Below, in pieces: positions 52,640 through 64,000 of a stretch of 64,000 bases of DNA. The stretch's first letter is position 1. Each line of letters starts with the position of its first letter. The notes beneath the pieces are model-generated. The model saw only the letters and a program-made list of their open reading frames with translations, did no database searches and was not told where the DNA came from. Source of the DNA: Phoronis australis (Eukaryota > Animalia > Phoronida); NCBI GenBank assembly GCA_002633005.1, contig NMRA01000174.1, positions 158,516 to 222,515 on the forward strand. Direction: 5' to 3'. The translations under genes were made by a program, and so were the position numbers.

Positions 52640-53170
52640 GGACTGCGGTTAGAGGTTACAATACGAAAAAAAAGCAAATAAAGAAAACATGAATCGTGCC
52701 GTTCCCATGTGAAATTTAGTCGAAGTAATCCCCTTTTTTCGCTAAAACTTTAAGCCGAAAAGTCGTTTGCAAATCTGACATTAATTAGGTCATATGACTA
52801 TAGATGATTAGGAAAATTTTGCAAAAAGTAAGGTACATATGTAGCAAAACAACATGATCTGTAACATCATCAAATTTTGTATGATAATGTTCAAAATAAA
52901 ATCTAAAAAAATGCTCGTTTTCTAAATTATCATTTCGTTTTCGTTTACGCAACTTACACTTTTTTCATAAATATTATTTAAGTTCTATTTTTGATAGCTC
53001 CTCGTGCAAAAGTGGAACATTTTAAAAATAATTTATAATATTGTTTTGGAGAGTAGTGTATAAAGCATGATATCTAGTGAAGGTTTCATAAGAATCTGAA
53101 TGACCACTTCCGAGGACATTTCGAATTAGGCCAAAATTACACATTTTTCTAGGGTCCTACATAAACTTAA
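52640..53170. repeat. Family D copy
   Basis: Shares the CTCGTG..ATTTTAAAA..TTTGGA..AGTG segment and the GTCCTACATAAACTTAA terminus. Confidence 0.6.
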
Positions 53171-53999
53171 GCCTGAAAATCATGAAATTGGCTGGTTGAC
53201 TCCCAATACACTGATCTCAATATGAAGCATTAGGTCAACTCTGCCAAATTGGTTTTTGAAACCCTTCATAATACTTGTCGATGAAATAGGAGCGATCTGT
53301 TAGACAGGTATGGAAATCGTTCTCTACCTCCATATATGAAGAGTTTAGAAATACCATCTGCTTGTTCGAGTGAACCAACATTACAATTTGAATTTCAGGC
53401 AAAAATAAGAACAAAAAGTGCTGTTTTAAATTTTCATGAAAGAAACACTTATCTTACATCAATCTTTTTTGTAACTACACATTTAACAAAAACGTAAAAA
53501 AAATATTAAACACCCACTATCCGATGACAAATTTAAACAGGCCATGGGCAAATCCATGGGCTAAAATTATTCATGAATCCTTTGATATATCAAATTCAAT
53601 AACTTTGACTTGATTACAAGACTGTCTGGAAAAGACGTCATGATCACAACTGGAGGCAGGTTAGTTTTTTGCCACAGCTCAAATTTCGTCCCCACTCCCG
53701 ACTCGCTGGATATCACACTATACTCTTTATTTTTTAAAATGGGTTTTGTAGCAAAAAATTATTGTCTTGTATTACCGTAAGCAAAGTTGTAAAATAGTGC
53801 ACAGGTAAAAGTGTTGCCCACAACATCTACCAAACTTGAGTGCACACAGACTCACGGCTGTGTGCGAGGGGGTCGCACCTATACCTGTACAAGTCTACCT
53901 GTGAAACATTTGAGTAAAATAAAGGGGCAAATTTTACAGTATGAGAGAAATAATGAGTTTGCTTTAACTGCAGGTGTTGGCATGTTTTTTGATCTTAAC

Positions 54000-54480
54000 A
54001 TTAAGTTTGGCCACCCTTAATGTTGGCTATCTTCCAAACATTGTATCTCAGAAATTACTAATCAAATTCGTGTGAGACTTTAAGATACTATGTTTTATGC
54101 ACTGTTCTCAAAATATCTGTTAGGAATTGTTTTGCATGAGGAACAACTTTTATGATTTTCATGAAAAATCTTTTTAATTTGTATATAACAAAAATGAAAT
54201 GATAGTTTAGAAAACTGTTTTGGTATCTCACCTTCAACATTTACACAAATAAAATTTGATCATATTACCGATACCATTGTTTTACTATCAACGCACATTT
54301 CTTTTTCGCTAAATTTTATTAAAAAGACATGACCATGTGACCCAATCAATAAGAGATTGGCAAAAAGTCAAAAATCAAATTCTGCAGGCTTCCTACTTAC
54401 TTCAGCTGTTACTGAGTTAAAATCTAAAGTTTCCTAGAGATTTCGCTAAATACACAGACTAGTTATACGATCTTACATAA
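54000..54480. repeat. Family D copy
   Basis: AAATTTTATTAAAAAGACATGACCATGTGACCC matches 34218-34250 and 34660-34692. Confidence 0.6.
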
Positions 54481-54528
54481 TATTGCATCACCCTCACCTC
54501 AGCCTCACTAATCTGAAATGACAAGGTC

Positions 54529-54892
54529 CACGGGTGAGAAACAACATGACCGCCGGTCCTCTAAATCGGACTGACTCATCCAAAACAGGCCCTCCGGGAA
54601 TCAAATGGGACCGTCGCACCAGAAAATGGGACAGACGCACCTAAAAACATGATCGCCCCACCACAAAACAGGACCGCTGGGGACTGAACATGACTGCCAG
54701 ACAATATGCGGTTTCAATCCCCGGCGGTCATGATCAGTCCCGGCGGTCCTGTTTTGTGGTGGGGCGGTCATGCTTTTAGGTGCTTCAGTCCCATTTTCTG
54801 GTGCGACGGTCCCATTTGATCCCCGGAGGTCCTGTTTTGGGTGAGGTGGTCCGATTTAAGAGGACCGGCGGTCATGTTGTTTCTCACCCGTG
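54529..54892. mobile_element. Foldback MITE with CAC termini and 5-bp TSD (Transib-like)
   Basis: About 170-bp near-complementary arms starting CACGGGTGAGAAACAACATGACCGCCGGTCCTCT; exact AGGTC at 54524-54528 and 54893-54897. Confidence 0.9.
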
Positions 54893-56432
54893 AGGTCAAT
54901 AGGTAAATAAATTATTCCACTTTCATTGCCAGGGTGTGATCATTTCCTTTCTTAAACAAACCTGTACCACTTAAAAATGAAAAAAAAAATAATTCTTTTG
55001 CCAGATACACCGTAAATAAAACAATTTTAGTCACTGACACAAACATATTTTGCAGTTGGTCGAAAGATGGAAAATATCCTGATCTTTGATATAAGCTACT
55101 TAATTAAAGATCTAGAATTTATGAAAACAATCTAGAGTAGATGGCAACAAAAACCACTCATTGCATGTGTTCCTAGAAATTCCTACCTGGTATTTGAAGT
55201 GAATTTTATGCACATGTGTCTTTTTGCGAAACATGTACAAAAATAATCTTTGGCAAAAACGTAATATTTCCAATAAGGATGTACAGGCCTTAAAGCACAG
55301 ATATTGTTAGAGATCCAATTTCATCACCTACTTCCTGTTAAGGCAAAATGAGTGTTATGATAGCATAATTTGTGTGACGTACCAGAAAACGGTGATTTGG
55401 TGGAGCTGTAACAGGAAATGGTAAAAAAGGAAATTGCGTGTGAATGGACAGAATTTACATGGAGACTAATACAACATTAACATGCAGTCTGATCAGACGT
55501 CTATTTCACAAAAAGTGACTAAGACATTTTAATTGACGGAACTTTGGTGTTACACTTCACATCACCATTCCTGAAAAATAATTTAAACTTACTTTAGCGA
55601 AAGAATATAGTATCTGACAATATACCCTTCATAGTTAATTACTGAGAAAAATTGCGCAAATTATTTACAGGCAATGACGTGCTCATAATTACGAGACAGT
55701 TGTAAAAAAATGTTCAGTAATTGTGAAGTAGGAAGTCACATTTCATGGAACAGATCTCAGAAGGAATATTGGATTCTGATCTAATACGCACAAAAAATTC
55801 ATATGTGAATAATCATAAGACATTTGATCGGCTTTTTTATCATCCTCCCCAAATCAGAAGGCAGATCTCCCTGCATACCGCGAGCACGCTACATTGTACC
55901 AATGTAACATGCGATTAGGTTCTCTTTACATGTGATTGGCTGGAACATTAGCACTTGATGATTAATGTTATGCTAATTACTTGTATGACGGTTGATCGGA
56001 TGTCTTTAAACGCTCGTTTTCAGTGGTTTATCTACCTTCTCATTTCTCATCAAACAGAAGTGCCCCACACAGCGATGTTGAGCTTATAGTGAAGTCAGTG
56101 GCAAATGAAAAAAAAACAGCAAAGCATGTGACAAGGACAACCCAGATCTTACAACAATTTACACCAGTATAATATATATCAAAATTCAGTTGTTTAAGAA
56201 ATTTCAATGATTGGGAGTCACTGTCATCTCATGATATACAGCCTGACATTGATTGTGCAATACATCCAATGTCAAGTGAAAGTACAAGGGTGAACGCCCT
56301 TTGCAGCAATTAAAAATCTTTTAAGTAGTGATGGGCCAGTCATTATATCTGCTTCCCTACAGGATTAGTCTTCAATCAGGAGATGTTTGCGACATGTGAT
56401 TAGACAATTTGAAACAGTTGATGTAGTTAATA

Positions 56433-56880
56433 CCCCGTTTACACTTTAAATCGGTTTAAAATCGGTTTGGGATCAGATCGATTTAAAAAGCAGGTGTAAA
56501 CGCAAGCGGTTTAGCATAAATCGATTCAACCTGAACCCGCGCAAGAGGAGGTGATTTTGAATGGATTTTACCTAAACTATTAACTTTGTATGGTGTGAAT
56601 GCACAACCAAATCAATTCGACAAACATGAAGGCAGACGTACACATTTACGTTCCTGTGTCTACCATTACCTAATATAGTTAAGCCTACCTTTCTGTCATC
56701 TCGCTGTCATTATGAGCTTCCCCGAAAAGCAAAAAGTTCACAAAATAATGGATAAATGCTATGAAAATTATCTTTGGTAATCACCAGCCATTTACTGAAA
56801 GGAAGCTCTTAACGTGACGGTGCGAAGTGCGTAGACAGAGTACTGTCTAAATTGATTCGGCTTCTGAAGGGTAAACGAGG
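56433..56880. mobile_element. Degenerate MITE with CCCGTTTACAC / GTAAACGAGG ends (Harbinger-like)
   Basis: Terminal inverted motif and repeated AATCG(A/G)TT subterminal units. Confidence 0.45.
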
Positions 56881-56939
56881 AGAAGCAACTTGAGCCAATC
56901 AAGATAAATCGATTCAAATAGGTGACTTTTCATAATGAC

Positions 56940-57345
56940 GCTCTCTAGAGTAATGAGAGCACGAAAGTGACTTTCGATTGATCCTGACTCGGATTTGGTG
57001 GACAGAAATTCAGTTACTACACAGAAGTAAGCAACAGCCACTGACTTTATCATTTACACATCTTTGTAGTGGGAAATTTATGAAACAGTTGATATTTCAA
57101 AAGGTTTTAATTGCCTTTTTTGTAAGCATGTTGGTACTAGCCAAGCACAGCAGTGGAAGTTGACATTGTAATGGCAGGAAAGGTGTTCAAAGGCTGTTTA
57201 CACCTCTCCGGTAGATTGAAACCTCCCGTCTGCATTATATACAGGATCTGTAGGTGGCGTTGAATGCCTGTCCACCACAGACCTAATTGCTGACTGCGGG
57301 GTTAGTAAATTTCAATGTGGCGTGACTATTTCCAAAGTCAGCTAA
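56940..57345 (+). repeat. Repeat family E copy 1
   Basis: Collinear with 61550-61630 and 61955-62203 (CTCTCTAGAGTAA..AGAGCACG; GGATCTGTAGGTGGCG; TTTCAATGTGGCG). Confidence 0.8.
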
Positions 57346-59012
57346 TGAATCGATTCCGAACTGAAAGCAACAAACTGGACATTCACAGTGTCTTATTTGC
57401 AACGTTGCTTCAATTGTTCACTTATTTAGTGTACATAAAAAAACCAGTTTAAACCAACTTCTATGTTAGAGGGAACATGTGCAGACAGCTGACATGCTTG
57501 AAGGCAAAATGGCTAACTGGAGCATAAGATGAGGCTACAACCTGCCTACTGTCAAAGAAAGAAAATTTTGATTTAAACTACTTACCACTACATAAAACTG
57601 ACCTAAACTTGTTACTAAGCTAGATGATAAATTGTTTCTAAGGAACATGGTGATAACAATTTCACAACTGCAAGTGGTCTAATTTTGATGGACGACATGT
57701 TTACAGCAGCTTTACTATATTCTTTGTAGGGATCCCATCATCCCACTACCTCCTACTTTTCACTTCCAGGTCCCAGATTAGTCCTATCATGAAAATCGAA
57801 TATCGGTAAAGCCTCCTCATTTGATCCTGTGCACATTCTTCATTATAAACTAGAAGTGAGCTTTGCTCCCCAGGGGGCATATTGCTACAAGTCTTCCCTT
57901 GCCTACTTTCTAATCTAAACTTACAAGATGACATCAAACTTTCACAGCAGTGGAAGTGTGGTATCTTAACCTCATGATGCAATATGCGCAGCAGCAGATG
58001 TATTTTTCAAAGGTGGGACTTAATTAATAATTAACTGTATGTGTAGGTGGACTAGTTAACACCAGGCAGATGGACAGCAATCAATCATTATACCTAGTGA
58101 GGCTCTGCTAAATAACACAGATGGAATGGCTTTCTTCCCTGCAGTGAAATCCAGACATCATACCACAGCAAACCGTGCATACTCTCAGGAGCTTGAGCTT
58201 GTGCTCCCAGTTTGGAGAACCACCGGTCATTGAACCAATGTGTGAAACACCTGTCTGAGCTCCTGTGTTACTTATGGATGGCTTCAAGACAATGAACAAG
58301 ACCGTGTATATCATTCGTAAGCTGACTAGTGGAAAGAGTGCTTTAACAATACCTTACATGAAATATTCAGCCGACCAGACCATTACCATCCTAGTCAATA
58401 TTCTGCCACTCTGAGATCACCATGTGTTTCTTGTCTGCTGTGTGCCTAACTAAATTGGAAAGGACACCACTATATTTGGCACACTGTAATCTTAACATGG
58501 AATCAAGCACTCCAAAGCCACTTTCGCACAGTTCTTACTATTCAAGGCAACAACCGTTAGCATCAAACCCAGAATCTGAATCTGAACTCCTTTCTTATGG
58601 TCAACTCCTTTGGCTACTGCAGATCAATAATCAATAATAAATCATGGACAGATGGAGAATACCAGCATTTCTTCCAACCAAACACAGGTTTGTTGACCTT
58701 TGAAAAGTGCAAGCACAGCTTAACCACCCATGTTTTTAGCAGAGCAGTGACCACCATTCCATTTACATGCCATAGTATGTATTGTGATATTAGCTAGTCC
58801 TGAATGTTTTTCCATACATGACAATGTTGAGAACGTAAACTGAAAAGGCTAGGCAGCATTGATCAAGCTATCATTTGGTCTTGATTCAAAATTATACACT
58901 AATGGACTGACATCAATATCTCATTTGTTCATTTAAAAGTATTCATCAAAGGAAGCATTTGAAATTGAGTTACCGAAGTGTTCTAAAGAGAGGGCCCCTC
59001 GATACTTTTATG

Positions 59013-59075
59013 GAAATATCACATAATTTAGGAAAGATCACATAATTTAGAAAATATCACATAATTTAAGAAAAT
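59013..59075. repeat. 19-bp minisatellite x3
   Basis: ATCACATAATTTA(G/A)..AA repeated three times. Confidence 0.85.
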
Positions 59076-59403
59076 CGCAATTTTAATAGAAAGTAAAAAA
59101 TAATAAGTTTAGTTTACAATACAATACTGCAATTTCCAACTAAAAAGTACACTTATTACAGTAGCCAGGAGGAAAACTGAATGGACATTGATGCATGATG
59201 AATTGCTATTTTAACAAACAAGTCAAATGTAGAATAACAAGAGTTTAATACGGTGACATTTGTAATAGTTTGTACACTAATGTACTAAGTATTTTTCCCT
59301 TGACATCTTTGTGTTCAAATTAATGGAAATAATAGTGAACATAAGAACTATTCGAGATGAAAATGCGATGAATATTTTCAGTCATCCAGTTGAGTAATAA
59401 ATC

Positions 59404-59589
59404 ATATGTAGAAAAATAAATCAATTACTGGACTTACGGTTTATTGAGATGACTATGTTGCGTCCTCCTCTCGAGGACTTCATCATGACGAGTCACGTGA
59501 CACCTCAGTAGCCTGATGAAGTCCTCGAGAGGAGGACGCAACGTAGCCATCTCAATAAGTCCAGTAATTGATTTTAGTTTTCTACATAT
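59404..59589. mobile_element. Inverted pair of PLE pLTR ends, same family as 19745-20240
   Basis: Arms about 59404-59485 and 59514-59589 are reverse complements. They share GAGTCACGTGACACCT and AAGTCCAGTAATTGATTT with 20139-20230. Confidence 0.85.
59505..59554 (+). ncRNA. Minimal hammerhead-ribozyme-like motif with GCAA core variant
   Basis: TCAGTAGC-CTGATGA-A-GTCCTC-GAGAG-GAGGAC-GCAA-CGTA-GCCATCTCA; 6-bp stem II, stem I partly mismatched in this copy. Confidence 0.7.
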
Positions 59590-60136
59590 TTGAGATGAAA
59601 CTCACGTGTTTGAATTATTAAAGATAAAACATTGATAATAACGACGAAATATCGAAAACAATGATGGCCTCCAAGATGGCGGTTTGGCAATGAGCATTAC
59701 ATTTCTATAAGTAATACATTATTGTCCTGGATGACGTATTTATTTCAAAATATATTTGTTACTTCATTTTCTTCCTATGTTCGCAAACATCAAGAACACA
59801 GCTTCAAGACCCCTGCTTTCAGCGTCACTCTCTGTGCTGAGTTTGCAACTGCAGGGGGCAAAGGTTGGCAGTATGTTACTGGATGTTTTTGTATTATCTT
59901 GAGAAACAAAATGGAAGTCAAAGATTGTTTTTCGCTTACTGCATCTGAATCCGGTGTTTTGCAGACCACACCAATGTTGCTGGCGGTTCTTTAGAAATTT
60001 TTTTTTTGATAATTGTATCCTCAAGCATGAATTTATGTAGGGTTGATTGGAACTAACTGAAAAGGAATGTTGTGAGGCCTGTCACTCGCCCATCTAAATG
60101 ATTTCAAAACAGTCCAGCATAATCATTTTGCCGTAA

Positions 60137-60398
60137 CAGTAAAAATTCTCCAACTTGAGACAGTCAAAAATTAATAATTTTGTTCAAGGTTGGAGCTCCG
60201 TTGTCCCAAATTCTAGAAATAAGCAGCATTAGCTGTTCCAAATTCAATAAACAGCAGAAATACAGGAAATTATCCGAGGAATATGATGAGCGCCAAAATC
60301 GTCCTTGTCCCAAATTCCAGAATAAAGAAAAACTCAATTTTTGCAAGTTACTGTGTCCCAAATCCTAGAGACTGTCTCAAGTTGGAGAATATTTACCA
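60137..60398. mobile_element. MITE with about 27-bp TIR
   Basis: ATTCTCCAACTTGAGACAGTC ... GACTGTCTCAAGTTGGAGAAT. Confidence 0.75.
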
Positions 60399-61042
60399 TA
60401 ATGTTTTTGATCGCTATTCACCACTTCAAAAATCCCAATGGCAATCATTGTTTCTTTACCCATGATTCAAAATGTCCACTAAAGTCATGGACCACCTGAT
60501 GGAGACAGGAAGCTGTATTTAACCAAACGTAGACTATCCGATGAGAAATGACATTTCCGTGTCATGTCTGATGTCGCAAACAGAGTAACATGGGGTGATG
60601 TTATGTTGGTTAAGTAGTCACAAATTGTGAATCTGACAAACATATCGAGCGCAATACAGTAAGGATCTACAAAGTTCAATCAGGTACCAATACGCTACAG
60701 TAAGTAGTGATAGGGCCCAAATGATCTTCATCCTCTGCAGAAAAAAGAACAGCATCACGGTAAATCAGCAGAGATTTTCAAGTACCTGGGAAGAGCAAGA
60801 TCATAGGGGAAAATTCACACCTGTTTGGGACATAAACAGGTGTGCTTAATCAACTGACTCAGTGGCACACTGCCTAAACAACTTGTACTAAAATGACAAC
60901 AGTTAGCAAAAAATTACTAAAAGGCTGTTTTAGGCTTAGCAATTGCATACCAGTGGAGCATCACTTTGGGAATTATTTTCGTCTAAAATTGGTGGGTGCT
61001 TAATGCACATGCACTTTCTAATAGTAGCATAGGCAAGGTTAT

Positions 61043-61141
61043 AGGCACTTACAGGAGTCCTGGATATTTTGAGAACCAGTTTCATACCCATTAGTCAGAG
61101 GAGAAAACTAGTTCTCAAAATGTAGAACCCTTGTGAGTGCT
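61043..61141. repeat. About 100-bp imperfect palindrome (mini-MITE)
   Basis: GCACTTACAGG..ATTTTGAGAACCAGTTT / AAACTAGTTCTCAAAAT..CTTGTGAGTGC. Confidence 0.6.
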
Positions 61142-61549
61142 TATTTTTGGCAAAAAGCAAGTTTGTGTTGTCATGTACATAATTCGGGAATTGTGACATC
61201 GTCATCAAAGCACACAAATTGTTAATAAAACTATAAAAAGGGCAGGTCCTCAACATGTCACTGGATTACACCCTTCAAGAGACGGAGCCGCCCACTAAAG
61301 CATCTCTTCAATTTCACACACTGGCTAAAACCTGTTGGATATGAACATACAAGTGCACAGCCTTTTTCAGACAGATGTATGCTCTAAGTTTAGCAATGAT
61401 CAGCTATGTACATGAAAAAGTAAATGAAAACAAATGAATACATATAAGCTGAAAAATACCAGCAGCCCTGAAAACAAAGTGTAAGCAACAGTTCATAGGG
61501 AGGATAACGTAGGTGCCGGACACGGGAATAGGGGACTTTCCATATTGGC

Positions 61550-62203
61550 ACTCTCTAGAGTAATAAGAGCACGGAAGTGACTTCCGATTGATCCCGAATC
61601 AGATTTGGGAACAGACATGTAATTACTGCATAGTGGTTCATTAATTTAAATGCAAAGGAATAAATTTTATCGTCAGACCCTCCCATACGTTATTTTAGCT
61701 TTTTGACAGCGGCTGAGATCGAAATTTCTTCTGCTTTATCCGCCGCGGCCACTTGCTTTGTCAGAGGATACTTCTTCACAGTGGGATAGGTATGGATGAC
61801 GTCCTTGTACGTACAGTGATATTTGAAGTCGCTATAATTTGGCAGTAATCTTTCTCGTATACATAATCCATTGAAGACACGACTTTGATCTGTTTTTACT
61901 AGTTTTAAACTAGTAAAAACAGATCAAAGTCGTGTCTTCAATGAAATATGCATTTATATTTCAAAAGGTTTGCCTTTTTCGTAAGGCATTTTTTAGTACA
62001 TTCCACTGCACAGCAGTGGAAATTTGACGGCATTATAATAGTAGGAAAGGTGTTAAAATGCTGTTTATACCGGTAAGTTCAAACCTTCAGTCCGCATTAC
62101 ATGGGATCTGTAGGTGGCGCTGAAAGCTGTCCATCATAGACTCGATCGCTATCTGGTAGGTTAGTGAATTTCAATGTGGCGCAGCTATTTCGAAAGTCAG
62201 CTA
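61550..62203 (+). repeat. Repeat family E copy 2, with about 300 bp of extra internal sequence including a perfect palindrome
   Basis: Collinear with 56940-57345 at both ends. Confidence 0.8.
61869..61943. repeat. Perfect inverted repeat, 37-bp arms with a 1-nt spacer
   Basis: CATTGAAGACACGACTTTGATCTGTTTTTACTAGTTT-T-AAACTAGTAAAAACAGATCAAAGTCGTGTCTTCAATG. Confidence 0.97.
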
Positions 62204-63764
62204 TTGTGATCTATTCACAGTGATCCCTGGTGGTTTTATGAATTGATCATCAGGTGCAGTAGACTAAGAACATCATTTGGACAAGAGCTTTCTAACATTT
62301 AAACTAAATGACATCTGCATTCGTGAGATGAAACAACATTCGTGTAGCAGTGTTTTCGGACACAAAAATATAGAGTTACCCTTCATCTAGGAACTGTTTA
62401 CTTTCTGTATCCCTTTGACCTTGAAAATAATGAAAATTCAAAATGTTAAATAAAATGTTTTTCGACCTCTGTGCATAAAACAGGTGAACTGACTATTGAT
62501 CGCCATTTGCAATGCAGTTAACTATTAATGCTTTGTAATAACTATCGGTAAACCTGGATTGGTGACAGAATTATAACTCAAGATCTTGGCTTGTGTCACA
62601 ACCAGGAATTAGTACGGCCATCTATGTACAACTGACTAACCTTGCCATTTCTGCAATTCAATGAGTCACACCAAAGTTTGTTGACCTAACAGTGAACTGA
62701 TGTTCCCAAGTCAACAGAGAACAAGCATGGCCAAAGATGAGACTAAAAGGAAGTGTCCTTTAGTTCAGGTAATCAGCTGAGTTCATTTGAAAGAGCCAGC
62801 TGTTTGTACTGAATGACCACCAATTGACCTTCACATACTGTCAACATGAGATAAGAGTCTACCACTTCCAACTCTAAATATGATTAAGTGCAAATGTTTT
62901 TGATAGCTGGGTGGAGCGGATGTCCTGAAGAAAATCACGTATTTTTTGTACGCTAAATATTACATCACCAGGGGAAACCCTTAGTATAGTGTTGTTCACG
63001 ATGGGTCAACAGTGTTAAAAACTGTATATACAGTTTCAGATGCCAAACTCACCAATTTACCAAAATGCAGAGTACATGTATGTTTGTAATATGAATTTAT
63101 TGTACAATTTTGCCACTTCAGGTCTTATCGCTGCTGAAGTCAAAAGTCCTCAATTTCAAACCATCCATCACATTTGGAATACTGAAATATGCCAGAAAAA
63201 CGATACAAACTTTGATTTTTGATTTCAGGGGGCATCTTTTTCCATGTGAAAGTACTTTCATAACTTTAAATACCACAAATTAATATTTTAATGACTGAAC
63301 CAAATACTCTTATTGGCTTTAAAATTAGGGACATGACTAGTAATTTTTGGAATACATAATTTTTAGTGTTAAAATTTTGGAACTGTATATATATTTGAGG
63401 TTTGTGATAAGTAAAGCAAGTTTATCAACGAAACACTTCATGAATAAAACAGTAAAAATTTCATAACATAATGTATAGATTCATTAAAATTCAATAAAAA
63501 TTCAATAACATGACATAAATTGATACTGATACATAAGTAAATGGTTGTTATTGTTATTAGTATGAATTTATGTTAGCGAATAAAAGCTAAGTGATTCACA
63601 ATCGTTGCAACAAAAATAAATGTATTTTTTTTACCTCTGAAATACTAGTGATGTTCATAAATTTCTAATATTTTAATGCCACAAGAAAAGCCACAGCAAA
63701 AAGGTCACCTGTAGTCACATGAACCAAGACTATCATGGTTACGCACACTGGCTACTTTACTTAC

Positions 63765-63769
63765 CCCAT
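63765..63769 (-). CDS. disp: Candidate first coding exon of Dispatched (ATG GG, giving MG|YSRFL)
   Basis: att ATG GG|gtaagta: strong donor, phase 2 as the 48925 acceptor requires, in-frame TAA upstream. The four exons total 3372 nt (1123 aa plus stop). Confidence 0.6.
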
Positions 63770-64000
63770 AATGAAAAAGTCGTCTTCTTGGTCACAGCTC
63801 TTGAAAACTTATTCACCGACTCTACAAAACGCAGAATATAAACCCAACTTGAAGAGAACTGTGTTAATAGCATGGAGCTTACGCAGACATGCTTCACCGA
63901 AGAGCAGTACAGGTGAACAGCAGTGACGTAAATGGCCAATAAACTGCTCTCAGTAACAGCCTTGAGGCTCTGAGTTACAACAAACCAAATTGAGTTGATG

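Noticed and set aside
54529-54892. About 21-bp periodic units as a CRISPR-like array
   Set aside because: Units are diverged, have no unique spacers, lie in inverted arms bounded by a TSD, and the context is eukaryotic with no cas genes.

Overview
AT-rich, intron- and repeat-rich genomic DNA from an invertebrate animal (eukaryotic, not prokaryotic). Two minus-strand protein genes are visible. (1) An apparently complete Dispatched (DISP; RND/sterol-sensing-domain Hedgehog exporter), reconstructed by hand from four phase-compatible coding exons (63765-63769, 48802-48925, 45034-45253, 40291-43313; 1123 aa). (2) The 5' part of a gene whose large exon (1160-2263) ends in a motif resembling the segment just before MyTH4 domains, with candidate upstream exons including a 12-nt microexon. 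The rest is mostly non-autonomous DNA transposons (MITEs, several with visible TIRs and TSDs), a hAT transposase remnant, and Penelope-like retroelement (PLE) remnants with minimal hammerhead-ribozyme motifs. Most notable: a PLE hammerhead with GCAA replacing the conserved GAAA core in all three instances; a DISP ECD1 loop with no furin motif; a CAC-terminated foldback element with a 5-bp TSD (Transib-like); a b'-a-b-a' inverted rearrangement; and a candidate spliced uORF or alternative N-terminus. All calls are from manual reading with no database searches, and repeat boundaries are approximate.
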